Assembly (NCBI GenBank): GCA_964384635.1
Contig: CAYLMY010000004.1
Coordinates: 1 to 46,313, forward strand
Length of the DNA: 46,313 nucleotides
From: an uncultured Undibacter sp.
GTDB taxonomy: Bacteria > Pseudomonadota > Alphaproteobacteria > Rhizobiales > Xanthobacteraceae
Direction of reading: 5' to 3'
The position numbers and the translations under genes were made by a program. Below, one piece after another: positions 12,524 to 22,087 of this stretch. The notes below the pieces were generated by a model. The model was not told where the DNA came from. It saw only the letters and a list, made by a program, of their open reading frames with translations, and searched no databases. Numbering within the stretch: position 1 is the first letter of the stretch; each line of letters opens with the position of its first letter.

Positions 12524-12633
12524 TCTTCCCTCCGCTCACGGTTGCAAGGACCGCGGGTTGGATTTGTCGGTTATGGTGGCTTAGCGCTGTTCGCTTAAGC
12601 TTTTCCCTTTTGCGATTTCGTTCGCGGCCGCAG

Positions 12634-13797
12634 TCAGGCTGCGATCCCGCGGCTCTCCTTAACTAATGATCCCGCCAGCATAATCCAAGCTTCCAGGAAC
12701 CGCTCCACTTCGCTCATCGTGCTGCTCCAGCCAAGGCTGAGCCGCACCGCGCCGCGCGCCAACGCCAGTTCCACCCCCATGGCCGCCAGCACGTGCGAGG
12801 CGGTGACCTTGCCGGATGAGCAGGCGGAGCCGGAGGAAACCGCTATGCCATTGAGATCGAAGGCGATTATGGCGGTCTCCGCCTTCATGCCGGGCACCGA
12901 AAACAGCGTGGTATTGGGCAGCCGTTCGGCGCCCTCGCCGAAGATCACCGCCTGCGGCGCTGCCGCCTTGATACCGGCTTCGAGCTCGTCGCGCAGCTTG
13001 GCCATGTGACGAGCGTCCGCCTGCCATGTGTCAGCCGCGGCCGAAGCGGCCGCGCCGAAGCCGGCAATGGCGGCGACGTTCTCGGTGCCGGCGCGTAAAG
13101 ACCGCTCCTGCCCGCCGCCTTTGATGAGCGGCTCGGCGATGTGGATATCGCCGCGGCGGATGAGCGCACCCGCGCCCTGCGGCCCGCTGAGCTTGTGCGA
13201 GGAAATGCTCAGCATGTCGGCGCCAAGCGTGTCGATGGCGCAGTCGATGCGGCCGGGGCCCTGCACCGCGTCGACGTGAAGCACGCCGCCAGCGCGGTGC
13301 ACGATCGCGGCGATCTCGGCAATCGGCTGGATTACGCCGGTCTCGTTGTTGGCCAGCATGACCGAGACCAGCGGCCGCTCCGCCTTGGTCAGGCTATGCT
13401 CGAGTGCGCTTAGATCGACACGGCCGTCGCCGGTAACCGGCACTTCCTCGACCATCTCAGGGGGAAAGCGCCCCCCGCAGCGCACGGAAGCGTGCTCGGT
13501 GCTTGCAATGAAGAGCTGGTCGCGCGGCTCACGGCGCCCGCCGGTTTCGATCGCCGGCGTCAGCGCCAGCATGTTGGCTTCTGTGGCGCCGCTGGTGAGC
13601 GTCACGTTTCTCGCTTCCGCACCAACGAGTTGCGCGACCTGTATGCGCGCTGCCTCGACCAGGCCGCGGGCCGCCCGCCCTTCTGCATGCACCGAGGAGG
13701 CATTGCCGGTCTGCCCCAGCGCGCGCGCAAGCGCGGCGCGCGCCGGCTCCCGCAGCGGTGCGGTGGCATTCCAGTCGAAATAGATGCGCTCGGTCAT
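12634..13797 (-). CDS. NifS/IscS-type (group I) cysteine desulfurase, first gene of the suf operon
   Basis: YFDWNAT, GNASSVH, ANNETGVIQP, HVDAVQ, SSHK and SSGSACSS motifs. Start placed at ATG13797 (MTERIY). Confidence 0.93.
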   Translation of the reverse strand: MTERIYFDWNATAPLREPARAALARALGQTGNASSVHAEGRAARGLVEAARIQVAQLVGAEARNVTLTSGATEANMLALTPAIETGGRREPRDQLFIASTEHASVRCGGRFPPEMVEEVPVTGDGRVDLSALEHSLTKAERPLVSVMLANNETGVIQPIAEIAAIVHRAGGVLHVDAVQGPGRIDCAIDTLGADMLSISSHKLSGPQGAGALIRRGDIHIAEPLIKGGGQERSLRAGTENVAAIAGFGAAASAAADTWQADARHMAKLRDELEAGIKAAAPQAVIFGEGAERLPNTTLFSVPGMKAETAIIAFDLNGIAVSSGSACSSGKVTASHVLAAMGVELALARGAVRLSLGWSSTMSEVERFLEAWIMLAGSLVKESRGIAA

Positions 13798-13952
13798 CGC
13801 CGTTTTATGTGCCGTCTGAGGCAAAATGCTACCGATTCGGTGCAGGCCTTGCAAAATGCTTGCTTTTTGCCCTGTGGGTCGTGGTAGAAGCCGACGCTTC
13901 CCTCGGCATGTTTATAGCGCGTGCCGAGGTGCTGCACAGCGGAAATCACTAT

Positions 13953-13969
13953 AATAGAACTGTTCTAAA
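13953..13969. promoter_or_regulatory. Irr-binding iron control element (ICE)
   Basis: AATAGAACTGTTCTAAA (reverse strand TTTAGAACAGTTCTATT) matches the rhizobial ICE TTTAGAA-N3-TTCTAAA with two mismatches. It lies upstream of the suf operon and overlaps a + strand TATAAT (13950-13955). Confidence 0.8.
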
Positions 13970-14061
13970 CAAGGTCCGGCTGCGCAAATGCCGCGCCCAG
14001 CGGGACAAACGCCGACGCCGTGATTAACTATCGGCGGCAAGCCCGCTTCGAGGTCAATATC

Positions 14062-14724
14062 ATGCCTGAGGTCATCTTCACCGGTCCCGCGGGACGCATC
14101 GAGGGCCGCTATCATCCGGCGCGGCAAAAGAACGCGCCGATCGCCATCGTCCTGCACCCACACCCGCAGTTCGGGGGCACGATGAACCACCCGATCATCT
14201 ACCAGCTCTACTACGCCTTCGTGCACCGGGGGTTCTCGGCGCTGCGCTTTAATTTCCGCGGCGTCGGCCGCAGCCAGGGCGCTTTCGACCACGGCCAGGG
14301 CGAATTGTCCGATGCTGCCGCCGCGCTCGACTGGGCGCAGACCATCAATCCGGAAGCCAAGAGCTGCTGGATCGCCGGTTTTTCGTTCGGCGCCTGGATC
14401 GGCATGCAGCTTCTGATGCGCCGGCCGGAGATCGAAGGCTTCATCTCGATCTGCCCGCCCGCCAATCTCTACGACTTCTCGTTCCTGGCGCCCTGCCCGT
14501 CTTCCGGCCTGATCATCCATGGCGACAAGGACGCGGTGGTGCCACCCAAGGACGTCACCACCCTGGTGGACAAGCTCAAGACCCAGAAGGGCATCATCAT
14601 CGAGCAGAAGGTGGTGCAAGGCGCCAACCACTTCTTCGACGGCAAGGTCGAGCCGCTGCTCACCTCCATCGGCGCCTATCTCGACAAGCGACTCAAGAAC
14701 GACCGCAAGCCGAGCGCCGCGTAG
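14062..14724 (+). CDS. conserved alpha/beta hydrolase divergent from the suf operon
   Basis: MPEVIF-x-GPAGR, HPHPQFGGTM, FNFRGVGRS, GFSFGA and GANHFF; a typical alphaproteobacterial neighbour of the suf genes. Confidence 0.92.
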   Translation: MPEVIFTGPAGRIEGRYHPARQKNAPIAIVLHPHPQFGGTMNHPIIYQLYYAFVHRGFSALRFNFRGVGRSQGAFDHGQGELSDAAAALDWAQTINPEAKSCWIAGFSFGAWIGMQLLMRRPEIEGFISICPPANLYDFSFLAPCPSSGLIIHGDKDAVVPPKDVTTLVDKLKTQKGIIIEQKVVQGANHFFDGKVEPLLTSIGAYLDKRLKNDRKPSAA

Positions 14725-14811
14725 CACCGAACGTCCCGGATGGTGACCTTAGCGGGAAATCCGCTATCGTCGTTCTCTGCGATTCTCGTCTTTAGCCGGC
14801 CGAACTGCCCG

Positions 14812-15213
14812 ATGCTGCTTATCAAAACCTATCTCGATAAAAGCCGAATCCACGGCCTCGGTGTCTTCGCAGGCGAATTCATCCGCAAGGAGGCAAAAGT
14901 TTGGTGCTTCGTCTTTGGCTTCGACCGCTTCTACAACGCCAAGACATTCGCCAAACTGCCCAAGCCTGCCAAGGATTACATCAAACGTTACGGCTATCGC
15001 TGGGGGCGCGAAATTCTTTTTTCCGCTGACCACGATTCCTACATGAATCATTCGGAAGATCCCAATACCTACTTGAAAAATGGATTTGCTATCGCCCGTC
15101 GCAACATCCGCAAGGGCGAGGAAATCACCTATGATTACCGCGAATTCGGCGAAGGCTTTTGCGCGGCGTTTTTAAAGAGGCCTGCGCGAAAGCGCGCTAA
15201 GACCGCGCGATGA
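14812..15213 (+). CDS. SET-domain protein (putative protein-lysine N-methyltransferase)
   Basis: SET signatures [19 protein letters not shown] and [15 protein letters not shown]. The 3' end overlaps anmK by 17 bp. Confidence 0.88.
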   Translation: MLLIKTYLDKSRIHGLGVFAGEFIRKEAKVWCFVFGFDRFYNAKTFAKLPKPAKDYIKRYGYRWGREILFSADHDSYMNHSEDPNTYLKNGFAIARRNIRKGEEITYDYREFGEGFCAAFLKRPARKRAKTAR

Positions 15214-16321
15214 TCCCGCCGCTCATCGGCCGCGCCACGCCGGTCGTTGTGGGATAAGTGTATGGCAACCCGTTGAGCGTGCGCACCGCCAAATAAGCGA
15301 AAGCCTGCGCTTCAAGCGCATCGGCCGACCAGCCGACCTCGTCGGCGGCTTCCACCGTCGCGGGCGCCAGGCGCGCCTTCAGCATCTTCACGAGGGTGCG
15401 GTTGCGCGCGCCGCCGCCGGCGACGATCCATGCTTTCGGCTCCGCCGGCAATTTCGCAACAATCAGGCCAACCGCCTGCACGGTGAGCGCCGACAGCGTC
15501 GCCGCGCCATCCGGCACCGAATAATCCGGCAGGCCGATATTGGCGAAGGCGAAGCTGTTGCGGTCGAGCGACTTCGGCGGCTTGCGCGCGAAAAAGCCGT
15601 CGGCCAACACGCGGTCGATGAAGGCCTGGTCCGGGATTCCCGTCGCCGCCACGTCGCCGAAATTGTCATAAGGCGCCCCGGTGCGGTCGCGCATGAAGTC
15701 ATCGATCAGCGCATTGCCGGGCCCAGTGTCGCAGGCGACCGGATCGCCGCCGTCAACAAAGGTGACATTGGCGACGCCGCCCACGTTGAGCACAGCTATG
15801 GGATGCGGCCTTTTCAAATCGCGCGCCAGCGCCTGGTGATAGACCGGCACCAGCGGCGCGCCCTGCCCGCCGGCACTGATATCCGCCTGGCGAAAGTCAT
15901 AGGCCACCGGCAATTTCAGCCGGCGCGCGAGCGCCGCACCGTCGCCGATCTGCACCGTCAAACGAGCGGCCGGCTTGTGCAGCACGGTCTGGCCGTGGAA
16001 CCCGACAAGCGCAATGCTTGCGCGGTCGATTCGATGATCGGCGACAAATGTCTCGACCGTTTCCGCGTGCACGCGGGTCACGAACGCATCAGCTTCGGCC
16101 AGCACGCCCGGCCGCGCCAATCGATCGGTCAGGCTTGCGCCTTGCGCCAGCGCCTGCCGCAGCAGCGCCCGCTCTTCCTCGGTATAGGGCCGGTAGCCGG
16201 TCGGCCCAAACGTGGCGATGCGCTCGCCGTCGGTCTCCAGCAGAGCCACGTCAACGCCGTCGAGCGAGGTCCCGCTCATCAGCCCAATCGCCCGCACCAC
16301 CCCCAATGCCTGCCCCTTCAT
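15197..16321 (-). CDS. anmK: anhydro-N-acetylmuramic acid kinase
   Basis: [44 protein letters not shown] and EAQAFA motifs. Confidence 0.96.
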   Translation of the reverse strand: MKGQALGVVRAIGLMSGTSLDGVDVALLETDGERIATFGPTGYRPYTEEERALLRQALAQGASLTDRLARPGVLAEADAFVTRVHAETVETFVADHRIDRASIALVGFHGQTVLHKPAARLTVQIGDGAALARRLKLPVAYDFRQADISAGGQGAPLVPVYHQALARDLKRPHPIAVLNVGGVANVTFVDGGDPVACDTGPGNALIDDFMRDRTGAPYDNFGDVAATGIPDQAFIDRVLADGFFARKPPKSLDRNSFAFANIGLPDYSVPDGAATLSALTVQAVGLIVAKLPAEPKAWIVAGGGARNRTLVKMLKARLAPATVEAADEVGWSADALEAQAFAYLAVRTLNGLPYTYPTTTGVARPMSGGIIARS

Positions 16322-16387
16322 TTATTTGGCGGACCTGTTACACCACGCGCCACAAGGACACGACAAGGCCGCCGCCCGAGACCGCAC

Positions 16388-17641
16388 ATGAGCGCCTATA
16401 AATCGGATTTTCTTAATATTCTGGCCGAGCGCGGCTTCATCCACCAGGTGTCGGAGGCCGACGCACTCGATGCGCTCGCCAAATCGGGTAGCATTGCCGG
16501 TTATATCGGGTTCGACAGCACGGCGGCCTCGCTGCATGTCGGCTCACTGCTGCCGATCATGATGTTGTACTGGATGCAGCAGACCGGGCATAAGCCGATC
16601 GCGCTGATGGGCGGCGGCACCACGCGGGTGGGCGACCCCTCCGGCAAGGACGAAAGCCGGCGCGTCCTGAGTGAGGAAACGATTGAGCAAAACCTCAAGG
16701 GCGTCCGCGCGATCTTTGCCAAATTCCTGAAATTCGAGGGCGGCGGCGGCAATGCCGTCATGGCCAACAATGCCGACTGGCTTAACAAGCTCAACTACAT
16801 CGACTTCCTGCGCGACGTCGGCCGGCACTTCTCGGTCAACCGCATGCTGTCCTTCGATTCAGTGAAGATGAGGCTTGATCGCCAGCAGGAACTCTCGTTC
16901 CTGGAATTCAACTACATGGTGCTGCAGGCTTACGATTTCGTCGAGCTCTACAAGCGCGAAAAATGCATCCTGCAGATGGGCGGCTCCGACCAGTGGGGCA
17001 ACATCGTCAACGGCATCGACCTCGGCCGCCGCATGCTGAACGCACAATTGTTCGCGCTCACCTCGCCGCTGATCACCACCTCGTCCGGCGCCAAAATGGG
17101 CAAGACCGCCGCCGGCGCGGTCTGGCTCAACCCCGACATGGTGAGCCCTTACGACTATTGGCAGTACTGGCGCAACACCGAGGATGGCGACGTTGCGCGC
17201 TTCCTCAAGCTGTTCACGGTACTGCCGCTCGACGAAATTGCGCGGCTCGCCGCCTTGAAGGATCAAGAGATCAACGAAGCCAAGAAGGTGCTCGCCACAG
17301 AAGCCACGACACTTGTGCACGGGCGCGCCGCGGCGCAAGCGGCCGCCGAGACCGCCCGCAAGACCTTCGAGGAAGGCGCGCCTGCCGAAGGTTTGCCGAC
17401 CGTGTCCGTGCCGCGCAAGCATATCGACGCCGGCATCGGCGTCCTCAACGCCTTCGTGGCCGCAGGCCTTGCCGCCTCCAACGGCGAGGTGCGCCGCGCC
17501 ATCGCGAATAACGCGATCGCGGTCAACGACAAGCGCATCACCAGCGACAAGCACCTGATCGGCGAGAAAGACCTCACGCCGGAAGGCGTGATCAAGCTCT
17601 CGCTCGGCAAGAAACGCCATGTGCTGCTGCGGCCGGAGTGA
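16388..17641 (+). CDS. tyrS: tyrosine--tRNA ligase
   Basis: YIGFDSTA-x-[28 protein letters not shown] and a C-terminal S4-like domain. Start at ATG16388. Confidence 0.97.
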   Translation: MSAYKSDFLNILAERGFIHQVSEADALDALAKSGSIAGYIGFDSTAASLHVGSLLPIMMLYWMQQTGHKPIALMGGGTTRVGDPSGKDESRRVLSEETIEQNLKGVRAIFAKFLKFEGGGGNAVMANNADWLNKLNYIDFLRDVGRHFSVNRMLSFDSVKMRLDRQQELSFLEFNYMVLQAYDFVELYKREKCILQMGGSDQWGNIVNGIDLGRRMLNAQLFALTSPLITTSSGAKMGKTAAGAVWLNPDMVSPYDYWQYWRNTEDGDVARFLKLFTVLPLDEIARLAALKDQEINEAKKVLATEATTLVHGRAAAQAAAETARKTFEEGAPAEGLPTVSVPRKHIDAGIGVLNAFVAAGLAASNGEVRRAIANNAIAVNDKRITSDKHLIGEKDLTPEGVIKLSLGKKRHVLLRPE

Positions 17642-17659
17642 ATCCGCCCGCCGCCACGC

Positions 17660-20600
17660 TCACTGCTTCGGCGGAATAAAATCAGGATCGAACGCGCCCG
17701 GCGACAGGATGAATTTGCGCAATATTCCCGGCGCGATCGCGCTTACCGGATTGACGACGATACGCGGCGCGCTGGGCGGGCCGGTGGCCTCGTAGGTGAT
17801 GCCGAGCAGGCCTTCATTGCTGCCGCCGCCGAGAATCAACCCGACGATCGGAATTTGACCGAACATGTTGTTGAGACCATAGAACGGCACGAAAGTGCCG
17901 CGCAGATGCACGTCGTTCTTGACGTAATCGATCTGCCCTTCGACCGTCGCGCCCACCACCGGACCACGCACCACGCCGTCGCGGATCGCCATCTTGCCGG
18001 GGAAACGGGTGAAGTCGGCATGCATCTCGGAAAACTGCACGCTGCCGCGCGGCTGCCCCGGCGCACCGGCGACCACGCGTTGCAGCGCGGGTTCGCCACG
18101 CACGACGAAATTGCTGATGTGGAGCGTGCCAACTCGCGGCTCTTGATCCTGCGTCGGCGGATCCATCGCCACCCACATTTGCCCGCCCTGCATACGCGGA
18201 TACATGTCGGTGAAGCGAAACAGCGCACCGGCATCATCGGTCTCGAAATAGACAACCTGGTGGTTGTCGCTGGCGCGCAGACGCAAATCCCCGTTCAGCG
18301 GCGTGTCACGGCCGATTTTAGCCTTCATCGTGAAGCTGCGGATGTGGCCGGCGCGGCGCGACAGTTTGAGGTTGAGCCCACGCAGCGTTTCGCCGTTGTG
18401 GCCGGCCACCGTTCCGAGCTTGATGTCGAGATCGAGATCGGTGTCCTTGTGTGCGGTCTTTTCCGCCTTGCTGCCGGCCAGCGATGATTTCACGAAATTG
18501 CGCCCGTCATAAACGTCGCCGCGCATGGCGACGTGCAGCACGCCGTCGTTGCCGCGATCAGCCTTGAGCGTCGCCTTGTCTCCGCTGGAAAGCCCGAACA
18601 CCGGCAGATTGGCCGATTCGATCTCACCCGAATTGTTTAGCTCGATCGAGCCTTTCACGTTCGCGCCCGAGCCATCGATCTCGAGATCGTCGAAGCGGGT
18701 CGACTTGGCGGTCTTGATCAGCGTGTAGCTCGCGTGCGCGGGCTTGCCGGCCGGCTTGAGCCAGCCCGGCAAAAGATTGTCGATACTCACCGGTGTAAGA
18801 TCGGCATCCACGCTGAAGCGATTGTTCTTTTTGTCTTCACCGATCTGACCGGCGATCTTAATTGGGATCGTGCCGGTGATGGCATCGCCGAAATCGACGC
18901 CGAGCCTCCGGCGGGCGGCGTCATCGAGCTTCGCCAGCAATTGCAATTGGGCATCAGCGTCCTTTCGTTTTCGAATGTCGATCGCTACGGGCATGCCGTT
19001 GACCTTGGCGTTGCCCTTGATCTGGTAGCCGTCGTTGGACGCGGTCACCCGCAGCGACGGGGCCTCGATCTTGTCGCCCATCAGCATCTTGTCGGCCGCG
19101 AAATTGGTCAGGTCGGCCGTGATGGCATAGGTTGCGGGTTTCGTCGGCATCTTGGTCGCGATCTCAAGGTCGACGGTAACCTGCGCGGCGACGGTGCCGC
19201 GGGTGGTTGCCGGATCGAGGGTAAGGGCGCCGATCTTGTCGCGCATGCCCTCGCCTGAAAGCACCACTGCCGCCGCCGGCACCGCACCGTCGATGCGGAA
19301 GCGCGTGTGGGCTAAGGCCGGCTTCGGATGCATGTCCGGCACATCAAAAATACCGTTAGCGACATTGAGTTTTCGGCCCCCCGCCACGTCCACCGTGCCG
19401 CGGCCCAGGCTCACAACGGCATGTCGTCCGGAAATGCGAAGCGTGAGATCGGCGTCGTGAATCTCGGGCAGCGTGGCGATCGGGTGCAGCGTCGTACCGC
19501 TGGTTTCTAGATCGATGGAAAGCCCATCCGCGGGCATCGGCGGGCCGCCGTGCCGGAAGTCCGCCAGCGGCGCATTGCCGGCGATCACGACACGCTCGAC
19601 GATGCCGCCGAAAACATGGCTTTCGACCCATTTCCGCACGGGATAGTTGGCAAAGATCGGCCACAGCCGTTTCAACACCGACCCAGGCATGCGAGTGCAG
19701 GCGACGCCAAACGCCAGATGCGGCTCCGCGCCGGAGAAATCGAAGCTGCCGGTCAGCGCGATGCCGATATTGTACAAAGGCCGCGTATCGACGCGGCCCA
19801 AATCGCCTTGCACGAGATCGATGCGTCGGCGCTCCATATCAATGCGCCCGCGCATCGCTACCCGATTGATGGCAAATCCTTCCGCGTCACGCGCACCCTG
19901 CGCGGTCAGGATCACCGGGTCGATCACTGAATCACCGCGCGTCACGTTGAACTGCCAGATGCCGCTTCCGTCGGCCGGCGCTTGCAGCGTGGTGCGCATG
20001 GTGAATTGATTGCCGCCCGAACGCACTTGAAATGGGACGACCAAAGCGCGCTGATGCGCCTCCCAACTGAAGCGAATGTCGGCGCTGTCGATCGGTACGA
20101 TGATTTCGTCGTCGCTGTGGTCGATGACATCGCCGCGACCCGCGACCACTTGACCCTGCAGGCGCTGCAGCATACCGACGGACGAGACTTCCGCGCGCAC
20201 GCTTGCCGACAACGGCAAGTTGGCTTCGATCTTGCCTTCATTCAGACGCAAGGCCAGTAGAATGTCGGCGATCGAGACATCGCGCGCTTCCAGGCCGATC
20301 GCACGCACGCCGCCATCGAGCGGTCGCATCGCGGCGCTCAGCACCCAGGGTCGCTTCGGATTCTCCGACGACAGGCGAAACGTCAAGCCGCCCTGATGCG
20401 GCCGCATCAGGCTGACATTGATCCGGCTGAAGGTCCAATGCTTGCCGCTGCGCTGGTCATCGACGGTCAGATTTCCGTTCTTCAGGCCGAGCTCGCGCAG
20501 ATCGTGGCCATCGAGACCGGTGGCGCCGAGACCCTCGATCCAGGCAAGGAGCCCGGTCAGATCCGCGACACCCGCGCGCAGTGGGTTTTGCGGTACGTGC

Positions 20601-21325
20601 TTGTCGGGTGCCGCGGCCTCGGGCGCAGGCATAGGCGCCGGCAAAGCGGTGGCAATCGGCAGTTTGTTGGCACCGGCAAACACGGTGACCGTGCCGTTGG
20701 TCTCGATGCGCACCGCCATTTCGGCACCCACCAGATTGAGGCTGCGCGCACGCACCTGCCCGTGCAGCAGGCCCATGCCGGAAATTCCCACTTCCGCTTT
20801 TGGTGCACTCGCGACAATGGTCCCATCGGAAGCGCGCACTATGATGTCGCGCACGCGCAGCGAGGGGCGGCCGTTCTCGTCGCGCTCGAGCTGAGTGCCG
20901 CCGACCGAGACGGTGTGCTTGCCGCCGAAATTTTCCTCGATCGCCGACTTCAGCCACGGCGTTGCCAGGTCGAATTCGATCGGTCCGCTTGCAAGCCGCC
21001 ACCACAGGCCGAACCCGGCGACCACCGCAAGCGCCACTGTGATGGTCGCGCCCCAGAACATCCGCCGCAGGAACGGCCGGCGCAGCAGCCGGGCCACGCC
21101 GCGGCGCAGGCTGTTCCATTGCCGGCGCGCCACGCCGTGAGACGCTGGGTGGTGAGCGGCATGCTTGGCAGCATGGTGATGCTGCGGCTGATGCGGATGC
21201 TGCTGGTGGGGATGCTGGCCGTGCGGATGCTGCTGGTGGGGATGCGGCTGTTGCTGAGACGGATGGCCATGGCCTGCCGGGTGCTGGCCTGGATGTCTTG
21301 GCTTGTTGTGCTCGTTACGTGTCAT
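17660..21325 (-). CDS. YhdP/AsmA-like (DUF3971, AsmA_2 C-terminus) large envelope protein with His-rich N-terminal extension
   Basis: 1221 aa, single N-terminal TM helix followed by RLASGPI, a long beta-rich body and C-terminal GTFVP-x2-GLNN-x4-IP-x2-G/VNPVSAIAPG. Located between tyrS and bcp. Start codon uncertain. Confidence 0.85.
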   Translation of the reverse strand: MTRNEHNKPRHPGQHPAGHGHPSQQQPHPHQQHPHGQHPHQQHPHQPQHHHAAKHAAHHPASHGVARRQWNSLRRGVARLLRRPFLRRMFWGATITVALAVVAGFGLWWRLASGPIEFDLATPWLKSAIEENFGGKHTVSVGGTQLERDENGRPSLRVRDIIVRASDGTIVASAPKAEVGISGMGLLHGQVRARSLNLVGAEMAVRIETNGTVTVFAGANKLPIATALPAPMPAPEAAAPDKHVPQNPLRAGVADLTGLLAWIEGLGATGLDGHDLRELGLKNGNLTVDDQRSGKHWTFSRINVSLMRPHQGGLTFRLSSENPKRPWVLSAAMRPLDGGVRAIGLEARDVSIADILLALRLNEGKIEANLPLSASVRAEVSSVGMLQRLQGQVVAGRGDVIDHSDDEIIVPIDSADIRFSWEAHQRALVVPFQVRSGGNQFTMRTTLQAPADGSGIWQFNVTRGDSVIDPVILTAQGARDAEGFAINRVAMRGRIDMERRRIDLVQGDLGRVDTRPLYNIGIALTGSFDFSGAEPHLAFGVACTRMPGSVLKRLWPIFANYPVRKWVESHVFGGIVERVVIAGNAPLADFRHGGPPMPADGLSIDLETSGTTLHPIATLPEIHDADLTLRISGRHAVVSLGRGTVDVAGGRKLNVANGIFDVPDMHPKPALAHTRFRIDGAVPAAAVVLSGEGMRDKIGALTLDPATTRGTVAAQVTVDLEIATKMPTKPATYAITADLTNFAADKMLMGDKIEAPSLRVTASNDGYQIKGNAKVNGMPVAIDIRKRKDADAQLQLLAKLDDAARRRLGVDFGDAITGTIPIKIAGQIGEDKKNNRFSVDADLTPVSIDNLLPGWLKPAGKPAHASYTLIKTAKSTRFDDLEIDGSGANVKGSIELNNSGEIESANLPVFGLSSGDKATLKADRGNDGVLHVAMRGDVYDGRNFVKSSLAGSKAEKTAHKDTDLDLDIKLGTVAGHNGETLRGLNLKLSRRAGHIRSFTMKAKIGRDTPLNGDLRLRASDNHQVVYFETDDAGALFRFTDMYPRMQGGQMWVAMDPPTQDQEPRVGTLHISNFVVRGEPALQRVVAGAPGQPRGSVQFSEMHADFTRFPGKMAIRDGVVRGPVVGATVEGQIDYVKNDVHLRGTFVPFYGLNNMFGQIPIVGLILGGGSNEGLLGITYEATGPPSAPRIVVNPVSAIAPGILRKFILSPGAFDPDFIPPKQ
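21192..21245. repeat. 24-bp direct repeat (30-bp period) encoding HPHxQ pentapeptide repeats
   Basis: TGCGGATGCTGCTGGTGGGGATGC at 21192-21215 and 21222-21245. Confidence 0.9.
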
Positions 21326-21488
21326 ACCCTAAGGGGCGCCCCTCGTCCGGCGTTACGCGCGTCCTTTGCCGCCGGCCGGTGTTTCGGCCGGCACGGCCCG
21401 TGGCAGGTATCCGTGGAACCGCTTGCGCCCACCCGACGCAGATGGCAATTGCGACTTTGACGGTTCGAAAACGACGAAAGGAAGGCAG

Positions 21489-21959
21489 ATGGGGCGCGAA
21501 CTGGCCGCCGGCGCCAAGGCACCGGACTTCACCCTGCCCCGCGACGGCGGCGCGAGCGTATCGTTGAAGGACTTTAAGGGCCGCAACCTGGTCCTCTATT
21601 TCTATCCGAAGGCCGATACGCCGGGCTGCACCAAGGAGGCAATCGCATTCTCAAGACTGTGCGCGAGTTTTGCCAAGGCCGGGACCGACATTCTCGGCGT
21701 CTCGGCCGATTCAGTTGCGGCGCAGGACAAGTTCAAAGCCAAGCATAAACTGAAGATCGCACTCGCCTCCGACGAGACCAAGAAGATGTTGCAAGCCTAC
21801 GGGGCTTGGGGCGAGAAATCGATGTATGGGCGCAAGTTCATGGGCGTCTTGCGCAAGACCTTTCTGATCGACGGCCAAGGCCGCATCGCCCGGATCTGGC
21901 CGAAAGTGAGCGTGCCCGGCCATGCCGAAGAGGCGCTCGATGCCGCCCGCGCCCTGTAA
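21489..21959 (+). CDS. bcp: BCP/PrxQ peroxiredoxin
   Basis: YFYPKADTPGCTKEA with the peroxidatic Cys, plus GVSAD and W-x-EKSMYG motifs. No Cys five residues downstream of the peroxidatic Cys. Confidence 0.93.
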   Translation: MGRELAAGAKAPDFTLPRDGGASVSLKDFKGRNLVLYFYPKADTPGCTKEAIAFSRLCASFAKAGTDILGVSADSVAAQDKFKAKHKLKIALASDETKKMLQAYGAWGEKSMYGRKFMGVLRKTFLIDGQGRIARIWPKVSVPGHAEEALDAARAL

Positions 21960-22002
21960 TCCCCTGCTTTTCCTGCCGAAATTCACCGCGTCCGCGCGCC
22001 AA

Positions 22003-22021
22003 TTACCGGTTTCTTAACCAT
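22003..22021 (+). promoter_or_regulatory. CtrA-binding box upstream of the M23 peptidase
   Basis: TTAC-CGGTTTC-TTAACCAT is TTAA-N7-TTAAC with one mismatch and includes the TTAACCAT half-site, about 67 bp before ATG22088. Confidence 0.65.
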
Positions 22022-22087
22022 ATCCGGTTGATATCGACCCCTGGCTGGTCCACCGGCTCGACCGTGGCCGAACCGGCGGGAGCGTAA

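Noticed and set aside
15803-16387. 195-aa N-terminal extension of TyrS
   Set aside because: Mostly antisense to anmK; TyrS similarity begins at ATG16388.
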